A DNA stretch of 64,000 bases from Candidatus Latescibacterota bacterium (GTDB lineage: Bacteria > Latescibacterota > UBA2968 > UBA8231), in the NCBI GenBank assembly GCA_965248355.1, contig OZ252098.1:4896001-4960000 (forward strand), written 5' to 3'. The position numbers and the translations under genes are program-made. The notes below the pieces were generated by a model. That model was not told where the DNA came from. It did no database searches and saw only the letters and a list, made by a program, of their open reading frames with translations. The number at the start of each line of letters is the position of its first letter. Position 1 is the first letter of the stretch. Positions 27,721 to 38,436 of this stretch are shown here, in pieces.

Positions 27721-29082
27721 TCAGACGACGCCGAAGGCGAGCATGGCGTCGGCCACCTTGCGGAAGCCGGCGATGTTGGCGCCGGCGAGGTAGTCGATGC
27801 GCCCGTCCTCGCCGCGGCCGTGCTCGACGCAGCGGAGGTGGATGTCGGCCATGATCTGCTCGAGCTGCCGCTCCATGTCCTCCAGGTTCCAAGACAGGCG
27901 GGCGGAGTTCTGGCTCATCTCCAGGCCGGAGACGGCCACGCCGCCGGCGTTGGCCGCCTTCGCCGGGCCGAAGAGCACGCCGGCCTCCTGGAACCGCTCC
28001 ACGGCCTCCGACTCGCTCGGCATGTTGGCCCCCTCGCAGACGGCGCGCGCGCCGTTGCCGATCAGCGCCCCGGCGTCCTCCCCCGACACCTCGTTCTGGG
28101 TGGCGCAGGGCAGGGCCAGGTCGCAGGGCACGCCCCAGGGGCGGGCGCCGGCGTGGAAGGCGGCGCCGGGATATTCGTCGGCGTATTCGGAGATGCGCCC
28201 GCGGCGGACCTCCTTCAGGTCCTTGAGGAAGGCGAGCTTCTCCTCGTCGATGCCGTCCGGGTCGTGGATGAAGCCCCCCGAGTCCGACAGTGTCTGCACC
28301 TTGCCCCCGAGCTGGAGCAGCTTCTCGGCGGCGTGGAGGGAGACGTTGCCCGAGCCGGAGATGTTGGCCCGCAGACCCTCGATCCCGCCGCCGTCCTCGG
28401 TCAGCATGTGCGACAGAAACAGCACCGCCCCGTACCCGGTGGCCTCGCTGCGGATCAGGCTGCCCCCGAACTCGAGCCCCTTGCCGGTGAGCACCCCCTC
28501 GAAGGTCCCGGTGATGCGCTTGTACTGGCCGAACATGAAGCCGATCTCCCGCGCCCCGACGCCGATGTCGCCGGCGGGCACGTCCACGTTGGGGCCCACG
28601 TGGCGGTAGAGCTCGGTCATGAAGGCCTGGCAGAACCGCATCACCTCGTCGTCCGACTTCCCCTTGGGATTGAAGTTGGCGCCTCCCTTGCCGGCCCCCA
28701 TGGGCAGCCCCGTGAGACTGTTCTTGAAGGTCTGCTCGAAGGCCAGGAACTTGAGCACGCTCGGGGTCACGTTGTGCGAGAACCGCAGGCCCCCCTTGTA
28801 GGGGCCGATGGCGTTGTTCATCTGCACGCGGTAGCCGCGGTTGACGCGGATCTCGCCGGCGTCGTCCCGCCACGAGACGCGGAAGGAGACGATGCGGTCC
28901 GGCTCGGTCATGCGTTCGAGGATCCGGTACTCCCGGTAGAGGGGATGGCGGTCGATGTAGGGCAGCAGCGCCTCGGCCACCTCCCGCACGGCCTGGTGGA
29001 ACTCCTCCTCGCCGGGGTTGCGCAACGCCAGACCCTCCATGAAACGGGCCATCTCGGGATGGGGCTTCCTTCCGTCGGTCAT
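27721..29082 (-). CDS. gdhA: NADP-specific glutamate dehydrogenase
   Basis: GPYKGGLRF, KNSLTGLPMGAGKGG, DVPAGDIGVG, KAANAGGVAVSGLEMSQN. Confidence 0.96.
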   Translation of the reverse strand: MTDGRKPHPEMARFMEGLALRNPGEEEFHQAVREVAEALLPYIDRHPLYREYRILERMTEPDRIVSFRVSWRDDAGEIRVNRGYRVQMNNAIGPYKGGLRFSHNVTPSVLKFLAFEQTFKNSLTGLPMGAGKGGANFNPKGKSDDEVMRFCQAFMTELYRHVGPNVDVPAGDIGVGAREIGFMFGQYKRITGTFEGVLTGKGLEFGGSLIRSEATGYGAVLFLSHMLTEDGGGIEGLRANISGSGNVSLHAAEKLLQLGGKVQTLSDSGGFIHDPDGIDEEKLAFLKDLKEVRRGRISEYADEYPGAAFHAGARPWGVPCDLALPCATQNEVSGEDAGALIGNGARAVCEGANMPSESEAVERFQEAGVLFGPAKAANAGGVAVSGLEMSQNSARLSWNLEDMERQLEQIMADIHLRCVEHGRGEDGRIDYLAGANIAGFRKVADAMLAFGVV

Positions 29083-29113
29083 GTATCAGATCCTCTCTGA
29101 GAGTCGGGTGTCG

Positions 29114-30789
29114 TCATGCTTCTTCCCCTGGCCTGGCCGAGTCGAAGAGCGCGGCCAGTAGATCCAGTTTCCGGGATACCTCCTCCGGGATTGCGGCTGG
29201 TTCCACGAAGTCGATGAGCCGGTGCAGCTCTCCCTTGCGCAGGAGCATGGCGTGGTTCAGCCGTTCGGCGAGGCGGCGGAAGAACTCCTCCGCGAAGTCG
29301 CTGAGCTTGACCTGGGCCGTGGCCGCCTCCCACACCAGGCGGGCCCCGTCGGCGTCGAGCCCCTGCCAGGTCGCGAAGTCCGCGGCCCGTCCGGGGAAGA
29401 CGCGCTCCTGGATCAGCTCGTCGAGGACTTCCGCCGTCTCCTTGCGGTAACCGCCGAAGAGCGTCATGTCCCGGTAGTGATGAGCCGCGTAGCTCAAAAG
29501 GACGCCCGGCGTCACGTAGTAGTTCTCCACTTCGTAGCGGGTCCAGCAGGCGGTCCGAAGCCCCCCTCCACTCGCTCGAGCTCGGAATCCATGTCGGCGC
29601 CGGGGAAGTTGTCCTGCACGTAGAAGGCGTTGATGCGCTCGTCCCACGTTTCGGCGGCTCGATGGCTCAGTCTCTCACCCAGGGCCCGAAGGTTGTCGAG
29701 ATCGGTGCCGCCCTCGACGTAGAGCACGTAGCCGCGTTGGCGCGCCCGGACGTAGTGATCGGCCCCGTAGTGCTTGAGAGCGTTGCGGATCCCGGTCTTC
29801 TGGGCCAGGTCGTCCGCCTGCCCCTCCAGCAGCAGGGTGAGGTTGTGGTCGAGCGCTTCCTGGAGGATGACCTCCGAGTGGGTCACGAGGACGACCTGCG
29901 ACTCGTTGCGGGCGGCGATCTCGCGCAGCAGCACGTAGACCTGCTTCTGGCGCAGGATCTCGAGATGGGCGTCGGGCTCGTCGATGAGGAGCACGCTGCC
30001 CCGATGGGAATACAAATGGGCGAAGATCAGCAGCATCTGCTGCAGCCCTCGCCCCGCCAGTGCCACGTCCAGCCGCTCCCGGACATCGTCCTGCCGGTAG
30101 AACAGGTCTATGGCACCGCGGGCGGTCTCCTCGGGATCGGCCAGCCTCACCCTGAACAGCCGCTCCACAAGTCCGGTGATCTGCTTCCAGTCCTCGGGGG
30201 ACTCGCGGAATACGATCAGGCACAGGTTGCGCAGCACCTGGGCCGTCTGCCCCTGGCCCAGCAACACGTCGATGCGCCCGGGCTGGAGGAGGGGTTCCTC
30301 CGTCTCGATGCCCGACATCGGGTACAGCAACTCGACGTTGATGGCAGCCGCCCTCTCGATGAGTTCAGGTCTGGCAAGGGTGGCCTCGTCGGGGGTGCAG
30401 TAGACCAACTCGTTTCCCTGGTTGCGGAACTGCATGGTCACGGGCTCGACCTTGTTCTCGTGAAGGACGCCGAGTGTGATCTGCAGCTTGATGTCGCGGT
30501 TGCCCGTGCGCACGGCGGCGTTGTGCCAGAAATATCGTGTCCGCTGAACGGGGACCGAGATGATGTTGAGCCGGTTGAGCGAAGTCGACGTCCGCTCTTT
30601 GGGCGGCGCCTCACCCTTGATATCGAACCAGGTCCTGACGGCCTGCGACCAGAGGGCGATGGCCTGGATGGCCGTGGTCTTGCCGCTGTTGTTCGGACCG
30701 ATGAGGACGGCCGGGTGATCAAGCTCGATGCGCTGCTTGTCGCCGAAGCGCTTGAAGTTCCGGATCTCCAGCCAGTGCAGCAGCCTCAT
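29114..30789 (-). pseudogene. ABC/AAA-type ATPase with C-terminal Toprim-like region (OLD-like), frame broken at about 29560
   Basis: IRNFKRF, GPNNSGKTT, LLIDEPDAHL, VTHS, YVEGGTD; C-terminal RYEVENYY part lies in another frame. Confidence 0.75.
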
Positions 30790-31631
30790 GCAGGCAGCCC
30801 GGACTTGCGCCGCAGCCTGTCCTGGCGCGGCTCCTCGGCCCGGCGCAGGGCCAGCTCGGGCACGTGCAGCTCGCCGAGCACCTCGGCGTCGGCGCGGACG
30901 AAGCCCTCGGCGTAGCTCACCTGGGCGTACCAGCCGGCCGTCCCCGCGCCGATCTCCACCCGTTTGCGGGCGAACTCCTCGAACTGGCCCTGGCTCTCGA
31001 AGAGCGTCTCCGCCCGCACGCGTTGGTCGCGCCATTCGCTGATGTCCACGTAGAAGTCGATCTCCTCGTGCGGGAAGTAGATGCCGAGGTAGAAGGTCGC
31101 CGCCACCGTGTGGGGCCTCTCCCGGGTCTCGTGGTCGGGCATGGCGGCCAGACCCTTGGCCTCGAGCACGGCGATGGCTGTCTCAGCGTGGTCGTCGAGG
31201 GCCATGTTGGCCATGCCGTGGCGCGCGTTGTAGTAGGGCTTCTGGGTGATCAGCACGTGGGGGCGCACGTCGTGGAAGACCTGTCTCAGCTCGTCGACGG
31301 CCCCGGGGCTGCTCTCCAGGCGGAAGGGCTGGGGCCACTGCAGGATGCGCACGTCGGTGACCCCGAAGAGGGCGCACACGCGCCGCACCTCGCCGGCCTT
31401 GATCCGGGCGTACTCCTCCGGCTTCTGGTCGAGCACGGACGGGTCGCGCTCGGCCTCGGGCTTGAGCAGCTCGTCGTGGAGCCGCTCGTTGTGGGTGCGG
31501 GCGCCGCTGGTGACGGTGACCACGGTGACCGAGTCGCCCCGGGCCGCGTGGATGCCGCAGGTGGCGGCGCAGTGGGTGAAGTCGTGGGGATGGGCGACGA
31601 CGACGAGAATGCGCAGCGGGCTCTCACTCAT
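30786..31631 (-). CDS. PIG-L/LmbE-family deacetylase
   Basis: VVAHPHDF, RPHVLIT, DDH, YVDISE, YAEGF. Confidence 0.8.
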   Translation of the reverse strand: MSESPLRILVVVAHPHDFTHCAATCGIHAARGDSVTVVTVTSGARTHNERLHDELLKPEAERDPSVLDQKPEEYARIKAGEVRRVCALFGVTDVRILQWPQPFRLESSPGAVDELRQVFHDVRPHVLITQKPYYNARHGMANMALDDHAETAIAVLEAKGLAAMPDHETRERPHTVAATFYLGIYFPHEEIDFYVDISEWRDQRVRAETLFESQGQFEEFARKRVEIGAGTAGWYAQVSYAEGFVRADAEVLGELHVPELALRRAEEPRQDRLRRKSGLPA

Positions 31632-32413
31632 GCGGTCCTCTGTTCGATGGCCGGCACGGGAGTGTACCGGTTGTGGCCGCCCGACCGGTCCTGGCCGCGC
31701 AACAGGTAGATGCGGTGACGGCCTGGGCCGTCGGACGTCTCGGCGTGGCGCACGCGGGCGGGGCAGTAGCGCATGGTGTACCCGCAGCGCCGGCGGGCGG
31801 AGCGGTTGGCGTTGGAGGCGTGGAGGGTGAAGGCGTCGTGGAAGTGGCACTCGCCGGCGTCCAGCTCCAGGTCGACGATCGCGGACTCGTCGATCTCCCC
31901 GGTATCCGCCTCGCTGCCGAAGAGGTAGCCCTCCTCCTGCACGGCCTCGTAGCGCAGACCGCGGCGGCGGTGGCTGCCGGCCACGACCCGCATGCAGCCG
32001 TTGTCGACGCGGGACTCGTCCACGGCCAGCCACATGGTGATCACCTCCATGGGCTGCAGCCGGTCCCCCCAGTAGACGCCGTCCTGATGCCAGGGCACGG
32101 CCAGGCCGTCGTCGGCGCGCTTGCTGATGAAGTGGCTGGACCAGAGGACGATGTCGGGCCCGACGAAGCGCTCGATCACGTCCAGCACCCGCGGGTGGGC
32201 GAGGTAGCGGAACAGGCAGGGGTGCTCGAAGTGGGGCACGTCGAGGGACTCGGGGCGCCGCTCCGGCGGCAGGGCGGCGATCAGGCCGTCCACGTAGCCG
32301 CGCAGGTCCTCCAGCTCCGCCTCGGCAAAGAGGCGGCCGAAGGTCAGGTAGCCGTGCTCGCGGTAGAAGCGGACCTGCTCGTCGGTGACGGTCCTCTCGG
32401 TCTTCCAGTTCAT
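31628..32413 (-). CDS. PhyH-family dioxygenase
   Basis: PWHQDG, NGCMRVVAGSH, TLHASNAN..RR. Confidence 0.9.
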   Translation of the reverse strand: MNWKTERTVTDEQVRFYREHGYLTFGRLFAEAELEDLRGYVDGLIAALPPERRPESLDVPHFEHPCLFRYLAHPRVLDVIERFVGPDIVLWSSHFISKRADDGLAVPWHQDGVYWGDRLQPMEVITMWLAVDESRVDNGCMRVVAGSHRRRGLRYEAVQEEGYLFGSEADTGEIDESAIVDLELDAGECHFHDAFTLHASNANRSARRRCGYTMRYCPARVRHAETSDGPGRHRIYLLRGQDRSGGHNRYTPVPAIEQRTA

Positions 32414-32502
32414 GGGGCGGCGGCCTCGTGGATCGCAGAACTCGTGGACGGCATCGAACGTCTCAAGGGGCAGGGAATATGGGAAAAACAAGGAGGCGTG
32501 AC

Positions 32503-33053
32503 ATGAGCACGCACATGCGGTATCTGGCGATCCTGGCGGTCTCGCCGCCGGCTGCTCCTCGGTGCGGACGGAGCACCCGGTCAGCGCCCATCCCGAGGCC
32601 CTCGACAAGTCCCGGCTGGAAGGAGCCTGGCTGGTGGAGGAGGAGATCGTCCATCTGAAGTTCGGCGACGACAACGTGGGGAGGCTGGCCGCCCTGGAAT
32701 GGAACGGCGGCGAGTTCCGCACCCGACGCTACGAGTTCGTCGTCGCCCACGCCGGCGAGGGCCGTTTCGTGAGCCTCCGGGAGGCGGGGGAGGAGCAATA
32801 CGACTTGTTCGCCTACGAATTCGCGGACAACGGCGACCTCGTCGTCCGCAGTGAGTCCACCGATGCCTTTGCGCGCGCCGTCGAGGCGGGGCGGCTGCGG
32901 GGGGAGGTCCGCAGGGACGGGGATGATACGGAGGTGGTGCTGGCCAGCCCCTCCGACAGCCTGCTCTCCTTCCTGTCGTCGGCGGCCCCCGGCGATCTGT
33001 TCGAAGGCACGGCCTTCGTCCTGAAGAGGCTACCCGCCGGCGACCCGGAGTGA
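32503..33053 (+). pseudogene. Putative lipoprotein, 1-nt deletion at about 32541
   Basis: AGGAGG RBS; adding one C gives MSTHMRYLAILAVLAAGC (lipobox) in frame with ORF 32562-33053. Confidence 0.65.
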
Positions 33054-34085
33054 CGGGGGCCGGACCGGCGCCAGGGACCGCTTCACCAGGTCCCCGAACG
33101 GGGTCAACCGGGTGCGGCTGCGGGAGGTGAACATGCTCGGCGTCCAGGCGTGGTCCCAGATCCAGGCGGTCCAGCCCAGGCCCAGCCCCTCGCAGTAGCC
33201 CACCAGGGCCTCGCCGTAGTTGCGCTCGCTGGCCGGGTGCTCGTCGCCGAACCCCCACTCCCCGAGAAAGACGGGGTACGTCATGGACAGCTCGGTGACG
33301 ACCCGCTTCCAGGCCACCCCCACCCAGGGATAGGGGTGGATCTCGTAGACGATGCCCTCCCGGCGCACCGGGTCGGCGAGGGCGCCGTCCAGCTCGCTGG
33401 CGAAGTTGACGCCGGAGACCAGGACCAGGGCGCCGGGGTGCTCGTCCCGCACCGCGTCGACCAGCTCCTCGGCCACCGGCCGCCACCGGCTCCAGGAGAT
33501 GAAGGCGGGCTCGTTGAAGACGCTGTAGATCACCCAGGGCCTGTCCCGGTAGCGGGCGGCGATCTCGGCCAGGGAGGCGAGAGCCAGCCCGAGGTCGGGA
33601 TCGTAGGGGTTGCCGCTCCAGGGGGGATCCCAGCCCCAGGGGGTGTCCTCCACCTCGCCGGTGAGTGGGTTGCCGTGGGCGTGATAGCCCAGCAGCAGGT
33701 ACAGCTCCCGCTCGCCGGCCCAGTCGACCAGGGGGTCGACGAAGTCCCGCAGGTAGGCCGGGTGGTTGGCCATCAGGCCGGGATGCATGGGCACGCGCAC
33801 GATGCCGGCCCCCCACTCGCGGACCAGGGTCTCCAGGTCCTGCTGGCTGGGCCTGGGCTGGTAGCGGAAGCCCCGGCCCACCAGCGGATCGACGACGGCC
33901 ACCCCCCGCAGGATGACGTCGGCGCCGCCGGCGTCGACGATGCGGTTCTCCTCCACGCGCAGGGCGGTGAACGACGTTGGGGGCGCCGGGTCCGTCACCA
34001 GCACCTGGGTGGGCAGCTCGCCGCAGGCGGCCGCCCACAGGGCCATGGCCGCGGCGGAGAAGGTCCGGGCGGCGGAGCCGAGCAT
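33030..34085 (-). CDS. GH5 (cellulase family) glycoside hydrolase, probable lipoprotein
   Basis: AAAC lipobox-like, IVRVP, FNEP, IHPY, LGEWG, WIW. Confidence 0.85.
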   Translation of the reverse strand: MLGSAARTFSAAAMALWAAACGELPTQVLVTDPAPPTSFTALRVEENRIVDAGGADVILRGVAVVDPLVGRGFRYQPRPSQQDLETLVREWGAGIVRVPMHPGLMANHPAYLRDFVDPLVDWAGERELYLLLGYHAHGNPLTGEVEDTPWGWDPPWSGNPYDPDLGLALASLAEIAARYRDRPWVIYSVFNEPAFISWSRWRPVAEELVDAVRDEHPGALVLVSGVNFASELDGALADPVRREGIVYEIHPYPWVGVAWKRVVTELSMTYPVFLGEWGFGDEHPASERNYGEALVGYCEGLGLGWTAWIWDHAWTPSMFTSRSRTRLTPFGDLVKRSLAPVRPPSLRVAGG

Positions 34086-34123
34086 GCCGCCAGGCCTCCG
34101 CGGACCGGGCGCCGGCCGCGCCA

Positions 34124-34930
34124 CTATTCGTCCAGCCTGTGCCCGCAGTTGGGGCAGTTCCGCTCGCCGCCGTCGCGCGCCTGCAGCTCGTCGACGAAGC
34201 CGGCCCCCAGCAGGCCCGCGGGCAGGGCGAACATGCCGATGCCCAGCACGGCGATGCAGGCGGCGATGAACTTGCCCGCCCCGGTGACCGGGTAGTAGTC
34301 GCCGTAGCCGACGGTGGTCAGGGTGATCACCCCCCACCACATGGTCTGGGGAATGCTGGAGAACTTGTCGGGCTGGTCGTCGTGCTCGACGAAGTACATG
34401 AGCGAGGACGCGATCACCAGGAGGGTGACGAGCACGATGCAGATGCTGGCCAGCTCCTCCCGCTTGCCCAGCACCACCCGTCCGAGCAGCCTCAGCGCCC
34501 TCGAGTAGCGGAACAGCTTCGCCAGCCGGAAGAAACGCAACAGGCGGACGATGCGGATGAAGCGCATGTCCAGGCCGAAGAGGGGCAGGAAGAGGGGCAG
34601 GATGGCCAGCAGGTCGATCAGGGCCAGGGGCGTGACGGAGAACCGGAGCCGGCCCAGCACGGGACGCGGGTACCTCGGGTCCGCCGTGCACGACCACAGG
34701 CGCAACCCGTACTCGACGCTGAAGACGATCAGGGAGAACCGCTCGAACCAGCGAAAGGCGTCCGGGTGCAGGGCATGGACCGGCTCCACCGTCTCCAGGG
34801 TCAGGGCCACGATGTTGAGGAAGATCAGCCCCAGGATGCCGAGGTCCACGGCCCGGCTGCGGGGGTCGCCGTCGGACGAGACGGCCAGGAGATGGTGCAC
34901 TTGCTGCTTCAGCGGCATGAGGTGCCTCAT
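34124..34930 (-). CDS. 6-TM voltage-gated-type potassium channel
   Basis: S4-like RFIRIVRLLRFFRLAK, filter TTVGYGD, C-terminal CPNCG. Confidence 0.92.
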   Translation of the reverse strand: MRHLMPLKQQVHHLLAVSSDGDPRSRAVDLGILGLIFLNIVALTLETVEPVHALHPDAFRWFERFSLIVFSVEYGLRLWSCTADPRYPRPVLGRLRFSVTPLALIDLLAILPLFLPLFGLDMRFIRIVRLLRFFRLAKLFRYSRALRLLGRVVLGKREELASICIVLVTLLVIASSLMYFVEHDDQPDKFSSIPQTMWWGVITLTTVGYGDYYPVTGAGKFIAACIAVLGIGMFALPAGLLGAGFVDELQARDGGERNCPNCGHRLDE

Positions 34931-36564
34931 GGAGCGGGTGGGTGGAAGCGCAGCACAGTGGTCGGAACGGGCCGGTGGTGCCACAGCACCTGGAAGCGGT
35001 CCTTGTACTCGTCGATGGCCCGAACAAGGTAGTCGGTGGTCTGGCTGTACCCCAGGCTCTCCAGCACGACGTAGTCCACCCCCTCGTGCTCCATGCGGGA
35101 GAGTACCGCCGCCGGCTCTTCGAAGGGGAATCCGACAGTTCGCCGGCCGGAGACGATGTACATCCAGAAGCCTTTCCGGCAGAGAACGATGGCTTCTTCC
35201 GGGGTGTTGGCCTCGAGCCACTTACCGGCCTGGTAGTAGCGCGCCCAGTTCGGCGGGTAGTCGTCGTCAGCGTAGTCGGACAGGCGCTTGACGCCGCCGG
35301 CGTGGGCGATGAGCCACGCCGTCAGACATCCCCATACCGCGAGTCGGCTGGCATGGCTTGCCGCCCTGCCCGTTGCCGCCAGTCTGTCGCGGATCTGCAG
35401 AACCGTCCAGACCCCCAGCAGGACGACCACCGGAACGACGGGCACGAGGAAGCGGTCCCCTGACCAGAACCACAACAGCACCATGCCCATGAAGAAGGCC
35501 GCGTAGAGAAGGAGCAGGTGTTCGCCTCGCCGGATGCAGAGGACCGTCGCGGCGGTGGCCAGCACGATCAGCAACAGGGGCGCGGGGTGGAGAATGGTAT
35601 CCGTACCGCCGAAGGAAGGCACCAGGAGTTCGGGCCATCCCCTCAGATAGCGATCCACTTGTCCGATGAAGCGATCGAGGAAACCGGGCAGGTCGAGCCA
35701 GCCCTGCTCCGGATAGTACGGGTTGACCATGAAGAGCTGCTTGAGATAGACGCCGCCGCCGCCCACGGCTTGGTTGCGCAAGGTCCACGGCAGCCAGCAG
35801 ACGAATGTCGCGCCCACAAAGAGGAGACCGCGGCGGAAATCACGCCGGAGGAATAGCCAGGCCGCCACGGCCGCCACCAGCGCGATCCCGGCCGTGCGGA
35901 TGTAGCAGGCCCAGATGGTGCAGGCCATGCCGCCGAGGAGCCACCAGTTCCCCCGGATCCCCTCGCGCCTGGCTCCCCGGTCGACGAGCCAGAGGGCCAG
36001 GAGAGAGAAGGTCAGATAGGGAACCTCGGACATGACTTGGTGCGCGTAGTGGAGCAACAGTGGGCCATACGTCTCGCCGTCCGTCCCGTGGGTCAGATAG
36101 CTCTTGCCGGCCATCAGGCTCAGGGCCACCACCGCGAGCCCGGGCCAGACGCCCACCCGCTCCCTGGCCAACTGGTAGAGCACGCCCATCCCCAGTGAGA
36201 ACAAGGCCAGGACGAGAGCCTTCATGGGTACCCAATCATCCGGGAAGGCCCATGCCAGGGGAGCCAGCAGGAGGGGAAACCCGAAGGGGGTCTTGGTCGA
36301 AGGTTGTGGGTCGGGGGCGTTGATGTGGGACAGGCCCTCGCCCTGGGCCAGGCTGCGGGCCAGGGTGATGAACGCGGCGTTGTCGCCGCTGAGGGAAAGC
36401 TTGGAATCGAAGGTCCAAAGCCCCAGGACGAGGGTAGCCGCCATCACCAGGAGAGGAAGGCCGTAGCGCGCCTTTGCCGTCTCCGGCCAAGGGGTCCCTC
36501 GGGGGGTATCCGCGGTGGGCTCCCGGTGCGATCTCTCGCCCGATTCCTTCCTCCGGGACTTCAT
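34927..36564 (-). CDS. GT-C (ArnT/PMT-like) membrane glycosyltransferase
   Basis: GDNAAFITLARSLAQG, GFPLLLAP, MSEVPY, IRTAG; multiple TM helices. Confidence 0.7.
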   Translation of the reverse strand: MKSRRKESGERSHREPTADTPRGTPWPETAKARYGLPLLVMAATLVLGLWTFDSKLSLSGDNAAFITLARSLAQGEGLSHINAPDPQPSTKTPFGFPLLLAPLAWAFPDDWVPMKALVLALFSLGMGVLYQLARERVGVWPGLAVVALSLMAGKSYLTHGTDGETYGPLLLHYAHQVMSEVPYLTFSLLALWLVDRGARREGIRGNWWLLGGMACTIWACYIRTAGIALVAAVAAWLFLRRDFRRGLLFVGATFVCWLPWTLRNQAVGGGGVYLKQLFMVNPYYPEQGWLDLPGFLDRFIGQVDRYLRGWPELLVPSFGGTDTILHPAPLLLIVLATAATVLCIRRGEHLLLLYAAFFMGMVLLWFWSGDRFLVPVVPVVVLLGVWTVLQIRDRLAATGRAASHASRLAVWGCLTAWLIAHAGGVKRLSDYADDDYPPNWARYYQAGKWLEANTPEEAIVLCRKGFWMYIVSGRRTVGFPFEEPAAVLSRMEHEGVDYVVLESLGYSQTTDYLVRAIDEYKDRFQVLWHHRPVPTTVLRFHPPAP

Positions 36565-36618
36565 CCTGACTCCTCCTGGGCCCACAGACTGGGGGGCTGC
36601 AGGGTTGCTCCGGGAATT

Positions 36619-38436
36619 CTACGGGCCATACCACCCCGCCTGCAGGGACCACATGCGCGCGTACTCCCCGCCCCGGGAGACCAGCTCGTCGTGGGTTCCG
36701 TTCTCCACGAGCCGGCCCTCCTTCAACACCAGGATCCGGTCGCACAGCCGCGCCGAACCCAGGCGGTGGGAGACGACGATGGTGGTCCGTCCTCCGGACA
36801 TGGACAGGAAGCGGCGGAAGACGTCGGCCTCGGCCTGCGGATCCAGGGAAGCGGTCGGCTCGTCGAGGACGACGAGGCCGGCGCGGCGCATGAAGCCGCG
36901 GGAGATGGCGACGCGCTGCCACTCGCCGCCGGACAGCTCCGTGCCTCCTTCGAACTCGCGCGTGAGCAGGGTGTCGTAGCTCTTGGGGAGGTGGCCCGCA
37001 ACAGTGTCGGCCCCGCCCTGGCGCGCGGCGCGCTCGATCTCGCTTCGCTCCCCCATCCTCTCGCTGCGTCCGAAGCCGATGTTCTCGCCGAGGGTGAAGG
37101 CGAAGCGGGTGTAGTCCTGGAAGACCGCGGCCGACTGGTCCCGCAGTTGGTCGCGGTCCACCTCTTCCGCGTGGAGGCCGCCGTAGCGCAGCTCGCCGCT
37201 TGTGGGCCGGAACAGCCCCAGCAGGATCTTGACGAGGGTGGTCTTGCCGGCGCCGTTGGCGCCCACCAGGGCGACGCGCTCGCCGGGTCGGATGGTGAAG
37301 GTGATCTCCTCGAGGGCGGGGCGTTCCGCCCGAGGATACCGGAAGGAGAGGCGGCGAGCCTCGATCGGAGTCCTGTCGAGGGCGCCGATGTTTCTCCCTC
37401 CCTTTGGCTCTTCGGGACCGAGGTCGAGGTAGATGAACAGATCCGCGATGTTGAGCAGCCGCACGGCCAGGAAACCCATGCGGTTGACGAGTCGGGCGAC
37501 GCCGAGCCGCACCTGGCGCAGGGCGACGATCATGGCGGCGAACTGCCCGGCCGACAGTCCGCCTGCGAGGACAGCCCACGCCGCCCAGCCGACGCCGGCG
37601 CCCAGGGCCAGAAGGCTGAAGGCGGACAGGGCACCGCCGACGGCGTAGTGCCGGCGCCGCTGCCGGTAGAGGAGGTCGGCAACCTTCCAGTAGAGGTGCT
37701 CCCACCATCCGGTCAGGACCGGTCCAAGTCCGAAGACGCGCACCTCCTTGGCGGCGTCGCGTCCGGTGAGCGCCCCCTCCAGGTACCCCCGCAGGCGCTG
37801 CGCCTGGGTTTGCTCGCGATGGAGATGGAAGTGCTGCAGGTTGTGGACCATCCCGGCCAGCGGCTCCGGCAGCGAGACGAGGACGACGGCCACGAGGAGC
37901 AGCGGGTCCCAGAGCCCGACCACGACGGCCACCGAGACGGCGGTCACCGTTCCCGTGATGATGGCGTAGGTGGCGCCGAGAACGTTGAGGAAGAAGCCGG
38001 GGGTCGCCGTCTCCTGGGCGCGGCGCAGGAGATCGTGGAAGTCGGCGCGCTCGAAGACCTCCAGACGGAGGGTCCGGCATTTCGCCTGGAGCTGCTCGAG
38101 GAGACGGTCCTCCATCTCCTGCTTCAGCCGCTCGAGCAGGATCGTCCAGGACCACTCCCGGATGCCGGTCTGGGCCAGGCTCACGGCCGCCCACAGGGCC
38201 AGCCACGGGAGCATGGCATCGGCGGGCAGCACGTCCTCGTACACGTCCAGGCCGCGGTCGAAGAGTTCCCGGACGACCCAGACCGTCGCGGCGGGCAGCA
38301 GGCCGGCAGTGAACTGTAGTCCCAGCGAGGCGGTGGCCCGCCGGGGGTCGGTGCGGATCATCCATATGAGGAAACGGAGAAAAGTCCGCGGCGCCGGGGG
38401 GCGCTGGAGGGTCGGGTCGGGCTCTACCGGTACCAC
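36619..38436 (-). CDS. ABC exporter subunit (TMD+NBD)
   Basis: GANGAGKTT, LSGGEWQR, LDEPT; GTG start at 38436 with GGAGG. Confidence 0.9.
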   Translation of the reverse strand: MVPVEPDPTLQRPPAPRTFLRFLIWMIRTDPRRATASLGLQFTAGLLPAATVWVVRELFDRGLDVYEDVLPADAMLPWLALWAAVSLAQTGIREWSWTILLERLKQEMEDRLLEQLQAKCRTLRLEVFERADFHDLLRRAQETATPGFFLNVLGATYAIITGTVTAVSVAVVVGLWDPLLLVAVVLVSLPEPLAGMVHNLQHFHLHREQTQAQRLRGYLEGALTGRDAAKEVRVFGLGPVLTGWWEHLYWKVADLLYRQRRRHYAVGGALSAFSLLALGAGVGWAAWAVLAGGLSAGQFAAMIVALRQVRLGVARLVNRMGFLAVRLLNIADLFIYLDLGPEEPKGGRNIGALDRTPIEARRLSFRYPRAERPALEEITFTIRPGERVALVGANGAGKTTLVKILLGLFRPTSGELRYGGLHAEEVDRDQLRDQSAAVFQDYTRFAFTLGENIGFGRSERMGERSEIERAARQGGADTVAGHLPKSYDTLLTREFEGGTELSGGEWQRVAISRGFMRRAGLVVLDEPTASLDPQAEADVFRRFLSMSGGRTTIVVSHRLGSARLCDRILVLKEGRLVENGTHDELVSRGGEYARMWSLQAGWYGP

